From contig NC_134030.1 of assembly GCF_964204645.1 (NCBI RefSeq), positions 2,460,778 to 2,524,777 on the forward strand: a DNA stretch of 64,000 bases, read 5' to 3'. Each line of letters starts with the position of its first letter. The first letter of the stretch is position 1. Below, one piece after another: positions 51,562-62,914 of the stretch. The notes under the pieces were generated by a model. It did no database searches, was not told where the DNA came from, and was given only the letters and a program-made list of their open reading frames with translations. The position numbers were made by a program, and so were the translations under genes. The stretch comes from Tubulanus polymorphus (lineage: Eukaryota; Animalia; Nemertea).

Positions 51562-54500
51562 TTAAGTTTGCAACTTTTTTTCTTCCAAGTCTGCGATAGA
51601 AGGTCCGATCCTGTCGAAATCAATTTCTCCATAAACGGCCGGTTCAACATCCGCCCCGATAATGATTTCCGGTCGTTGCTGCTGCGCGGAATCAGGTTCC
51701 GGCGCGCGTACTGAAACGAAATCTGCATAGATGGCGCCTTCGTCGTTGATTTGCTGGAAAAGAAACAGACGCGAGTTCCTTCGTTACCGTTCAACCATCC
51801 AAAGTCTCTCGTGCATAATTTTGATGAGGAATTTACGAGTCTTAAACAAAATGGATCTCTTTTGATTGACGATTAGTTAGTCTCTCGAGTTCTCATCAAA
51901 GTTGTGCACGATTATCCAAGATGGCCGCCGATGAGAGGATTTGTATTCACACATTAATTAAAATGAAACCCTTACAACGTTCAGTTCACTGCATTCTTTC
52001 TCTGCCGGTGAATCCGGATCGACTTCGATGCTCACTAAACGCGACTCCTTCTTCTCCGCATTCGTCGCTAAAATAACACAAATCAATCTAACTTTACATC
52101 AAGAAACTTTGAATAGACATTTTGATATTGAGGAAGATATTGATTTCTATAGACAATTTATATTGACTTTCTATAATTCAATTGAAAAAAAACTATGTTA
52201 CTGTGTGGGAGATACAGGATTTCAGAGAGCTGCAGGGGTTCGGGTGGAGAAATGGCCTCTGTTTACACTTTGTGATGAATAATCAAAAAATAAAACCCAC
52301 TCCAATTGCGCATTGCTCCTTATACCACTATAGCAACAAACATTTATAACACATTTACCCAATTATTCAATAATCATATCAATCATGAGAAGGTGGAAAA
52401 ACTTGAAAAAGGGCAAGTTTCTGGTGGGCCCTGAATCACAACCCACCCGCCCTCTTACCCCTCCATGACTATATGTTAAGAAACAACTTGAAGAGAGACG
52501 TTTCTGCTCAATTATTAAAGCAGGAATCACCGATAGGATTGAGTCGAAACGTCACTACTCTCCCGTAATTTTTCGATAATATTGCGGGTGATTTCCTTCG
52601 TTCGATAAAGAATATACTGACGTTTATCGTTCAACATTTTGCCGTCCTGTTTCTTTCGTTTTCTCGTGAAAAAGCAACCAACGGCAATGGCCATCAAACA
52701 GCAGCACAGTACACCTGCGATAATAGCTCCCGTAACTGAATTACTGAATCTTCTATCTCCATCTTTCATAGTTCCACCTATTCAAAGTAAACAACATGAT
52801 ACAAAAATAAATTATTATCCGCTAAATCGATTTACGATTAACTGAATTATATGAACGACGACAATTTTTATGAATGAGTGACAACTACAGTCAAAGATCG
52901 TTGGGACCAGGAAAAGTTAATTATCTTTAATTCTCTAAATCAGAAAAAGGAAAATTGCTTTTTTGAAGCTTTCGTACATTTATTCTCGATCAGAAAAATA
53001 TCTTATTGCTAAGCGAGAGAGATCAATGGTGTTACGACGGACTTAAGCGGAATATAATCTGTATATGTCGAAATCGGTGAACTGTTTTTGTGTCGCCTGA
53101 CGCGTCCGATGGTATTTGTGGTGTCGAACCCGGGACGACTGGAACACCTCGCCAGTAACCACAACTGAACCTGTGTCGATTATGTAATTTGAATGGAACA
53201 TGAATTCAATCTTAAGCATTTTCTTTCTGCTTTTGTCTTACCTATTGTTGTTGTTGCTGATGTGGTTGTTGCTGTTGTACCTACAGATTTTTTGTGCTGA
53301 GTCGAACCAGAGACGGCGTCGTGAGGTGCAGTCGATGTTAGTTCAGTAGTGTCACCTAAAATCAAGCAGGTCACACGAACAAAGGTCATATTTTTGCATT
53401 GATTCATTTACATAGTTCAAACAATCGGAAACAAATTTTTCACAATTATGTTATTCAAACGGAACACGAATTCAAGCTTAGTTCAAATACAAGCATTGAA
53501 AAGTCGAAACGTATCTTGTATGTATACCTGTTGTAGCCACTGTTGTCATTATTGCTGTTGTGTTGACAGAATTTGTTTCCTCGCCGTGTACTATTGGCTG
53601 GTTGGCGTTCGCGGAATCATCGTTCACTGTCGAAAATGAACATTTTAACATATCGAATCTACTTCAAAATGTATTCGCTAAAGGATAAGTTGAGCTTAGA
53701 TCATCTTTGAAATATAGTATATTTCATTTCTAATTTTATTTATGACATTTGAGGTTTTAATTACGTATATTTGAGAAAATATCAACAAACCCGTTAACTT
53801 TTTTTCTCTACTTATGCCGACTGCATCACCATCATCATTTTTCCCCTCACAAATCCATTTATCGAACGCATAGTTCCCATTTACTCCAAATATTGTGAGG
53901 ATTACATTCGATCGTCCAGTTTTATTTTCATCAGTACCCTCGATGATGTCTACCCTCGATGGTGTCTGATCTGATACTCCAGTTTCATTACAGTCGATAC
54001 TTTCTTCATCAACCGAGGAACCGGATGTCACATCTTCATTATTACATGTTATTTTGATTGTTCCATTTTTTTGAATAAAGTTAACCTCCTTAGTTTTGGC
54101 GATATCTATTGAACCACAAGTAAAGCTGACTGTGTCTCCAACATTTACAGTTTCCGGGTTTATTTTGAGCTCATATGTACTCCACGCACAATCAACTGTT
54201 TCAACTGGAAAATTCAAAAAGATTCTTTTCCGATCTCCCGATTCCGGAACTAGTTCTAAATACATGGATTTTTTCTGATACTTACTGAGAATAAAAAGAC
54301 GGATCAAAGTAGAAATAAATGCATCAATCTAAAACACAAAATTTACAAAAACTGTACCCTGTTGCCGACGGTAGAAGTTTTATGGCTTTGTCGGTTGTCG
54401 CTATCCCACTTCTGATAGTCGGACGCAGAGTTTGGGTTCAAAACTAAATTAGCCTAAAAAAACATTTTTTTTTTTCAATTTTTTAGCTTTGTATTTCGTC

Positions 54501-54730
54501 ATTTGTTTACATTGAAAACATGTAAAACAATTGATATACCGGTAATCGAATACTTTTATTTCGATTCAAATTCCTTAAACGTGATAGGTAGGAGTGTAAT
54601 CGGTAAATCCTAGATCGTTTATCTGGCCCGGATCCCTAACGGCAGATTGTCCATTCAGGTTATATGAAAGCAGGGAAGTGTGATGTCTCATCACACTTCC
54701 GTGATGAAAGCAATTAAAACTCACCATCAT
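51562..54730 (-). CDS. Type I membrane Ig-domain receptor with mucin stalk and two ITIM/ITSM-like motifs, copy 1, ~371 aa; exons 54730-54725, 54328-54286, 54204-53791, 53626-53528, 53355-53242, 52777-52622, 52067-51976, 51753-51562
   Basis: All junctions are GT-AG and phase-compatible. Signal peptide MMIDAFISTLIRLFILIETVDC; Ig-like exon (VNVGDTVSFTC ... VILTI ... KWICEG); Thr/Ser-rich exons; TM GAIIAGVLCCCLMAIAVGCFF followed by RKRKK; tail with GAIYADF and PAVYGEI. Confidence 0.8.
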
Positions 54731-54939
54731 TTCAACCTTGGAGTAATCAGGTGGATTACTCCAAGTTTCAACTGAGTTCCTCAAACATCTAGCAGCTATA
54801 ATAGACTACAGCGAGACAGCGTGGAGTGATATTTATTTAGACTGATTTTTAGTTCCTATTTCCATAAATAGCTACTGGACCAGGAATATTGACCAGATAC
54901 GGGTATATAACAAATGATATAACAATTGACGCTGAATGA

Positions 54940-55010
54940 ATAAAGCGGAAGTCATGTAAATAAAAGAATCTAACGGTATAATCGCAGTTCTAGGTTTATG
55001 ACGTCATTGC
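54940..55010. promoter_or_regulatory. Candidate bidirectional promoter between IgR (minus) and GPCR (plus); duplicate at ~60780-60850
   Basis: ETS CGGAAGT at 54946-54952 and palindromic CRE ATGACGTCAT at 54998-55007, within the ~490 bp that separate the two start codons. Confidence 0.5.
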
Positions 55011-55220
55011 GTGAGCTGAAATTCGCCAGTGACTTCACAATCATGTATCAGATCATTGAAAAAATATTCCATTCATTTGCGCGTGGACAAAATCTAATGT
55101 AGTAAACCAGCATTTTTTTCATGTGTTCGTATTTTAAGTAAATTATATACTGAATGATAAATGGAATATGTTTATAAATGATGCAAGATAATGAAAATAG
55201 AAACAAACTATATCTGTAAA

Positions 55221-56297
55221 ATGCAGTCGAATAATGTAAGCGACACATTTACCACAATAACGCGGCAGCCTTCTCTAAGCTGGTGTCAGGGTGTCAGGAA
55301 GAGATACCCAATCCGTTGGAACTATAGATTCAGTGTATTCATGTACCTGGGTTTATATTTACCGGCTTCAATTCTAGGTATAATACTCAATATTTTCACG
55401 ATATTCGTTCTCAGAAAATTGAAAGGCGAATCTTATTTTCTCGTCAAACTTCTCGCGTTCAACGATCTTTTGTTTATGATGGCGGCTTTCGTTCTGTATC
55501 CGCTGAGAACTGCCTATATTTACACCGTGTTAGGGGATATTTTGTTCAGAATCGATGACTGGCATTTTGGCGCTGTTTTCATCACGGTAGCCATGCCGTT
55601 CTTCTTTATATTTCAAATGACACGTAACTGGTGCACAGTTATTCTGAGTCTGGAAAGGTTGATCGTAGTTCTATTTCCAATAGCTTCACGTAAAATACCG
55701 AAAAAACTGTTGTCAACAGTTGCCTTCTCTGTAGTAACACTTCTTGCATTTTGTGGGTATTTGATTTACTTTATTCCAATAAAGAATATTGGTAAACTGG
55801 GCTGCCCGGATAGATGGCCTTACATCACAGTGACTACATCTTGGGCGTCGTATTTGTCATGGGATGTTCGTCATCACTGGGGACATATTGCCGACGTTTA
55901 CCTGTACATGTATGGAACCGTTCTAATCCCTATTTGTAGTTTGGTTCTCATCAATTCAATCCTCATTTCTTCGGTGTTAATTCGTAAAATCATCCGACGT
56001 TCAGATTTTTTTCAGACCGATCCCTCGTCGAACAAGGAACTGAAAGTTTTAAAAATGGTTTTTACAGTTGTAGCAGTGTACATCGTCTGCGAGGGTTTCG
56101 GTTTCGTCGATCGTATGAAATACATAAACGTTTTCACAATAAGAATAGATTCGATGGTTCTGCGTAAAATTTCCCTGGCATTTTCTATCATCGATTCGTC
56201 GGTAAATTTTTTCATATATTGTTTGACTAACGACAAATTCAAGAAAGTAGCGATGGAAATCACGTTGAAAAATCGAAAATATTTCATTTCAAAATGA
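55221..56297 (+). CDS. Intronless class A GPCR copy 2 (358 aa)
   Basis: Paralog of 49964-51043; ATG 55221 aligns with the starts of the other copies. Confidence 0.92.
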   Translation: MQSNNVSDTFTTITRQPSLSWCQGVRKRYPIRWNYRFSVFMYLGLYLPASILGIILNIFTIFVLRKLKGESYFLVKLLAFNDLLFMMAAFVLYPLRTAYIYTVLGDILFRIDDWHFGAVFITVAMPFFFIFQMTRNWCTVILSLERLIVVLFPIASRKIPKKLLSTVAFSVVTLLAFCGYLIYFIPIKNIGKLGCPDRWPYITVTTSWASYLSWDVRHHWGHIADVYLYMYGTVLIPICSLVLINSILISSVLIRKIIRRSDFFQTDPSSNKELKVLKMVFTVVAVYIVCEGFGFVDRMKYINVFTIRIDSMVLRKISLAFSIIDSSVNFFIYCLTNDKFKKVAMEITLKNRKYFISK

Positions 56298-56815
56298 TAT
56301 ACCGGTATCAGAACTCTGTGAGTTTCTCCGGGTCCCTGGCCCTGGGGTTGATGCTCGATATCGATGTTTCCCAGGAAGAGAGCGTAAATAGATTAGTTCA
56401 TGGATTCGCTGTCAGGGGCAGCACATGACGGTCGATAATATCTTACACGGCGGCGCGACATTTCCTAATACCCCGATTTTAAAACAAAAACAAACCAATT
56501 AAATATTCATCTTGTTTGTTTTTTGTTTTATTATTTTCGTTTGATATGAGTTAATTTATTTAATACAGATATATTATTATCATCGAATATATGTGGCAAT
56601 TAATTTAAGTTAGCAAACATCTTCGCTTACTCGAATGAATTGTGACCAATGATTTAATTCAAGTTTCAAGATGGACATATGTTTTCAAATGCAATATGGT
56701 TTCAAGATTCGTGTTTCAAAAATGAGTAAAGTTCGATTTGAACGGGATCCTATTGAGCAGTATATTCTGGAATATGCAGTCCATATCAAATTCTCGATTA
56801 AAAATAACGTAAATG

Positions 56816-59800
56816 TTAAGTTTGCAACTTTTTTTCTTCCAAGTCCGCGATAGAAGGTCCGATCCTGTCGAAATCAATTTCTCCATAAACGGCCGGTTCA
56901 ACATCCGCCCCGATAATGATTTCCGGTCGTTGCTGCTGCGCGGAATCAGGTTCCGGCGCGCGTACTGAAACGAAATCTGCATAGATGGCGCCTTCGTCGT
57001 TGATTTGCTGGAAAAGAAACAGACGCGAGTTCCTTCGTTACCGTTCAACCATCCAGTCTCTCGTGCATAATTTTGATGAGGAATTTACGAGTCTTAAACA
57101 AAATGGTTCTCTTTTGATTGACGATTAGTTAGTCTCTCGAGTTCTCATCAAAGTTGTGCACGATTATCCAAGATGGCCGCCGATGAGAGGATTTGTATTC
57201 ACACATTAATTAAAATGAAACCCTTACAACGTTCAGTTCACTGCATTCTTTCTCTGCCGGTGAATCCGGATCGACTTCGATGCTCACTAAACGCGACTCC
57301 TTCTTCTCCGCATTCGTCGCTAAAATAACACAAATCAATCTAACTTTACATCAAGAAACTTTGAATAGACATTTTGATATTGAGGAAGATATTGATTTCT
57401 ATAGACAATTATAGTGACTTTCTATAATTCAATTGAAAAAAAACGATGTTACTGTGTGGGAGATACAGGATTTCAGAGAGCTGCAGGGGTTCGGGTGGAG
57501 AAATGGCCTCTGTTTACACTTTGTGATGAATAATCAAAAAATAAAACCCATTCCAATTGCGCATTGCTCCTTATACCACTATAGCAACAAACATTTATAA
57601 CACATTTACCCAATTATTCAATAATCATATCAATCATGAGAAGGTGGAAAAACTTGAAAAAGGGCAAGTTTCTGGTGGGCCCTGAATCACAACCCACCCG
57701 CCCTCTTACCCCTCCATGACTATATGTTAAGAAACAACTTGAAGAGAGACGTTTCTACTCAATTACGAGAACCGGAATCACCGATAGGATTGAGTCGAAA
57801 CGTCACTACTCTCCCGTAATTTTTCGATAATATTGTGGGTGATTTTCTTCGTTCGATAAAGAATATACTGACGTTTATCGTTCAACATTTTGCCGTCCTG
57901 TTTCTTTCGTTTTCTCGTGAAAAAGAAACCAACGGCAATGGCCATCAAAAAGCAGCACAGTACACCTGCGATAATAGCTCCCGTAACTGAATTACTGAAT
58001 CTTCTATCTCCATCTTTCATAGTTCCACCTATTCAAAGTAAACAACATGATACAAAAATAAATTATTATTGATCGCTAAATCGATTTACGATTAACTGAA
58101 TTATATGAACGACGACATTTTTTATGAATGAGTGACAACTACAGTCAAAGATCGTTGGGACCAGGAAAAGTTAATTATCTTTAATTCTCTCAATCAGAAA
58201 AAGGAAAATTGCTTTTTTGAAGCTTTCGTACATTTATTCTCGATCAGAAAAATATCTTATTGCTAAGCGAGAGAGATCAATGGTGTTACGACGGACTTAA
58301 GCGGAATATAATCTGTATATGTCGAAATCGGTGAACTGTTTTTGTGTCGCCTGACACGTCCGATGGTATTTGTGGTGTCGAACCCGGGACGACTGGAACA
58401 CCTCGCCAGTAACCGCAACTGAACCTGTCTCGATTAAGTAATTTGAATGGAACATGAATTCAATCTTAAGCATTTTCTTTCTGCTTTTGTCTTACCTATT
58501 GTTGTTGTTGCTGATGTCGGCGTTAGTTCAGTAGTGTCACCTAAAATCAAGCAGGTCACACGAACAAAGGTCATATTTTTGCATTGATTCATTTACATAG
58601 TTCAAACAATCGGAAACGAATTTTTCACAATTATGTTATTCAAACGGAACACGAATTCAAGCTTAGTTCAAATACAAGCATTGAAAAGTCGAAACGTATC
58701 TTGTTTGTATACCTGCTGTAGCCACTGTTGTCGTTATTGCTGTTGTGTTGACAGAATTTGTTTCCTCGCCTCGTACTATTGGCTGGTTGGCGTTCGCGGA
58801 ATCATCGTTCACTGTCGAAAATGAACATTTTAACATATCGAATCTACTTCAAAATGTATTCGCTAAAGGATAAGTTGAGCTTAGATCATCTTTGAAATAT
58901 AGTATATTTCATTTCTAATTTTATTTATGACATTTGAGGTTTTAATTACGTATATTTGAGAAAATATCAACAAACCCGTTAACTTTTTTTCTGTACTTTT
59001 GCCGACTAGATCACTATCATTTCCCCCCTCACAAATCCATTTATCGGACGTATAGCTATCTTAAGCATTTTCTTTCTGCTTTTGTCTTACCTATTGTTGT
59101 TGTTGTTGCTGATGTGGTTGTTGCTGTTGTGCCTACAGATTTTTTGTGCTGAGTCGAACCAGACCCGGCGTCGTGAGGTGTAGCGCTTTCATCAGCTGCA
59201 GTCGGCGTTAGTTCAGTAGTGTCACCTAAAATCAAGCAGGTCACACGAACAAAGGTCATATTTTTGCAATGATTCATTTACATAGTTCAAACAATCGGAA
59301 ACGAATTTTTCACAATTATGTTATTTAAACGGAACACGAATTCAAGTTTAGTTCAAATACAAGCATTGAAACGTCGAAACGTATCTTTTATATATACCTG
59401 TTGTAGCCACTGTTGTCGTTATTGCTGTTGTGCTGACAGAATTTGCTTCGTTCGCGGAATCATCGTTCACTGTCGAAAATGAACATTTTAACATATCGAA
59501 TCTACTTCAAAATGTATTCGCTAAAGGATAAGTTGAGCTTAGATCATCTTTGAAATATAGTATATTTCATTTCTAATTTTATTTATGACATTTGAGGTTT
59601 TAATTACGTATATTTGAGAAAATATCAACAAACCCGTTAACTGTTTTTCTCTACTTTTGTCGACTGGATCACCATCATTCCTCCCCTCACAAATCCATTT
59701 ATCGGACGTAGAGTTCTTAATTACTCCCGATATTGTGAGGATTACATTCGATCGTCCAGTTTTATTTTCATAAGTACCCTTGATGCTGTCTACCCTCGAT

Positions 59801-60567
59801 GGTGTCTGATCTGATACTCCAGTTTCATATTTACAGACGATACTTACTTCATCACCCGAGGAATCGGATGTCACATCTTCAGTATTACATGTTATTTTGA
59901 TTGTTCCATTTTTTTGAATAAAGTGAACCTCCTTAGTTTTGGCGATATCTATTGAACCACAAGTAAAGCTGACTGTGTCTCCAACATTTACAGTTTTCGG
60001 GTTTATTTTGAGCTCATATTCACTCCACGCACAATTAATCATTTCAACTGGAAAATTCAAAAAGATTCTTTTCCGATCTCCCGATTCCGGAACTAGTTCT
60101 AAATACATGGATTTTTTCTGATACTTACTGAGAATAAAAAGACGGATCAAAGTAGAAATAAATGCATCAATCTAAAACACAAAATTTACAAAAACTGTAC
60201 CCTGTTGCCGACGGTAGAAGTTTTATGGCTTTGTCGGTTGTCGCTATCCCACTTCTGATAGTCGGACGCAGAGTTTGGGTTCAAAACTAAATTAGCCTAA
60301 AAACATTTTTTTTTTCAATTTTTTAGCTTTGTATTTCGTCATTTGTTTACATTGAAAACATGTAAAACAATTGATATACCGGTAATCGAATACTTTTATT
60401 TCGATTCAAATTCCTTAAACGTGATAGGTAGGAGTGTAATCGGTAATTCCTAGATCGTTAATCTGGCCCGGATCCCTAACGGCAGATTGTCCATTCAGGC
60501 TATATGAAAGCAGGGAAGTGTGATGTCTCATCACACTTCCGTGATGAAAGCAATTAAAACTCACCAT
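56816..60567 (-). CDS. Ig-mucin-TM-ITIM-like receptor copy 2, ~416 aa with duplicated stalk exons; exons 60567-60565, 60171-60129, 60047-59634, 59469-59398, 59225-59091, 58811-58713, 58540-58496, 58028-57873, 57319-57228, 57007-56816
   Basis: Same splice sites as copy 1; all four stalk exons are symmetric phase 1-1 and open. Confidence 0.75.
58976..59056 (-). pseudogene. 3' remnant of a third, different Ig-domain exon (YTSDKWICEGGNDSDLVGKSTEKKLT)
   Basis: Homologous to the end of the Ig exons, keeps the donor, lacks the 5' part; differs from both intact copies. Confidence 0.8.
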
Positions 60568-61059
60568 TATTTCAACCTTGGAGTAATCAGGTGGATTACT
60601 CCAAGTTTCAACTGAGTTCCTCAAACATCTAGCAGCTATAATAGACTACAGCGAGACAGCGTGGAGTGATATTTATTTAGACTGATTTTTAGTTCCTATT
60701 TCCATAAATAGCTACTGGACCAGGAATATTGGCCAGATACGGGTATATAACAAATGATATAACAATTGGCGATGAATGAATAAAGCGGAAGTCATGTAAA
60801 TAAAAGAATCTAACGGTATAATCGCAGTTCTAGGTTTATGACGTCATTGCGTGAGCTGAAATTCGCCAGTGACTTCACAATCATGTATCAGATATCAGTG
60901 AAAAAATATTCCATTCATTTGCGCGTGGACAAAATCTAATGTAGTAAACCAGCATTTTTTTCATGTGTTCGTATTTTAAGTAAATAACTGAATGATAAAT
61001 GGAATATGTTTATAAATGATGCAAGATAATGAAAATAGAAACAAACTATATCTGTAAAA

Positions 61060-62136
61060 ATGCAGTCGAGTAATGTAAGCGACACATTTACCACAATAAC
61101 AAGGCAGCCTTCTCTAAGCTGGTGTCAGGGTGTCAGGAAGAGATACCCAATCCGTTGGAACTATAGATTCAGTGTATTCATGTACCTGGGTTTATATTTA
61201 CCGGCTTCGATTCTAGGTATAATACTCAATATTTTCACGATATTCGTTCTCAGAAAATTGAAAGGCGAATCTTATTTTCTCGTCAAACTTCTCGCGTTCA
61301 ACGATCTTTTGTTTATGATGGCGGCTTTCGTTCTGTATCCGCTGAGAACTGCCTATATTTACACCGTGTTAGGGGATATTTTGTTCAGAATCGATGACTG
61401 GCATTTTGGCGCTGTTTTCATCACGGTAGCCATGCCGTTTTTCTTTATATTTCAAATGACACGTAACTGGTGCACAGTTATTCTGAGTCTGGAAAGGTTG
61501 ATCGTAGTTCTATTTCCAATAGCTTCACGTAAAATACCGAAAAAACTGTTGTCAACAGTTGCCTTCTCTGTAGTAACACTTCTTGCATTTTGTGGGTATT
61601 TGATTTACTTTATTCCAATAAAGAATATTGGTAAACTGGGCTGCCCGGATAGATGGCCTTACATCACAGTGACTACATCTTGGGCGTCGTATTTGTCATG
61701 GGATGTTCGTCATCACTGGGGACATATTGCCGACGTTTACCTGTACATGTATGGAACCGTTCTAATCCCTATTTGTAGTTTGGTTCTCATCAATTCAATC
61801 CTCATTTCTTCGGTGTTAATTCGTAAAATCATCCGACGTTCAGATTTTTTTCAGACCGATCCCTCGTCGAACAAGGAACTGAAAGTTTTAAAAATGGTTT
61901 TTACAGTTGTAGCAGTGTACATCGTCTGCGAGGGTTTCGGTTTCGTCGATCGTATGAAATACATAAACGTTTTCACAATAAGAATAGATTCGATGGTTCT
62001 GCGTAAAATTTCCCTGGCATTTTCTATCATCGATTCGTCGGTAAATTTTTTCATATATTGTTTGACAAACGACAAATTCAAGAAAGTAGCGATGATAATC
62101 ACGTTGAAAAATCGAAAATATTTCATTTCAAAATAA
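61060..62136 (+). CDS. Intronless class A GPCR copy 3 (358 aa)
   Basis: Only 2 aa differences from copy 2; homology to the cassette ends near 62281. Confidence 0.92.
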   Translation: MQSSNVSDTFTTITRQPSLSWCQGVRKRYPIRWNYRFSVFMYLGLYLPASILGIILNIFTIFVLRKLKGESYFLVKLLAFNDLLFMMAAFVLYPLRTAYIYTVLGDILFRIDDWHFGAVFITVAMPFFFIFQMTRNWCTVILSLERLIVVLFPIASRKIPKKLLSTVAFSVVTLLAFCGYLIYFIPIKNIGKLGCPDRWPYITVTTSWASYLSWDVRHHWGHIADVYLYMYGTVLIPICSLVLINSILISSVLIRKIIRRSDFFQTDPSSNKELKVLKMVFTVVAVYIVCEGFGFVDRMKYINVFTIRIDSMVLRKISLAFSIIDSSVNFFIYCLTNDKFKKVAMIITLKNRKYFISK

Positions 62137-62914
62137 TATACCGGTATCAGAACTCTGTGAGTTTCTCCGGGTCCCTAGCCCTGGGGTTGATGCTCGATAT
62201 CGATGTTTCCCAGGAAGAGAGCGTAAATAGATTAGTTCATAGATTCGCTGTCAGGGGCAGCACATGACGGTCGATAATATCATGTTGAAGCCGGGAATGA
62301 AACTAATTCGTACCAAAAATAAACCGTATTAGAATCGTGTACAGTGTTTCCTTGTAGGTTTGAGGCCTGGATAGTCGGCGCGAGTTTTCGTGGATCGAGT
62401 AACCTCTGATCCAGGAGGCCATATCATCCCGGCACAAATTAGTTCACATATTCCCCGCCAATGATTTATTTAGGGGCGGCACTAGACAGCAAAAGCCTAC
62501 GACATTCCGTATATCTACTGTGGCATGCGAGTACTCACGCAATCGCATTTTTACATATAATTTTACACCTCTGCACATTTTTGTGTTTTTGTGCTGTCTA
62601 GAATTTCGTTTGTCTCTTTATTGGACACACCTGATATAAAGAGTGTTATGATAGTAACAAAGTATCAATAAAGTTTACTTTGACATTGAATTGTTACTGT
62701 GGCAAGCGAGTAATCTTTAGGCGTCCCATTACATCATCGATAAACAATTTTGCCGTACTCGAGATATTTAGGCCATTATGTGTTTTTTGACAGAGGTTCT
62801 CTGTTTAATACACTTTTAATCTCAAAGGTAGTTTGTTTGTTGGTTTCTCTCCGAATATGTTAAAGAACAGTTTGATTTCATTGCGCTAGAAAAGACGGAG
62901 CTGTCGATTCCAGA

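Noticed and set aside
53080-53170. Additional IgR stalk exon (VVPGSTPQIPSDASGDTKT)
   Set aside because: Acceptor is plausible but no convincing phase-1 donor; left out of the model pending RNA-seq.
54575-54784. ORF MRNSVETWSNPP... as a second Ig domain (also 60415-60624)
   Set aside because: Better explained as 5' UTR plus ATG|GTGAGT donor read-through into intron 1; it lacks a second Ig cysteine pattern.
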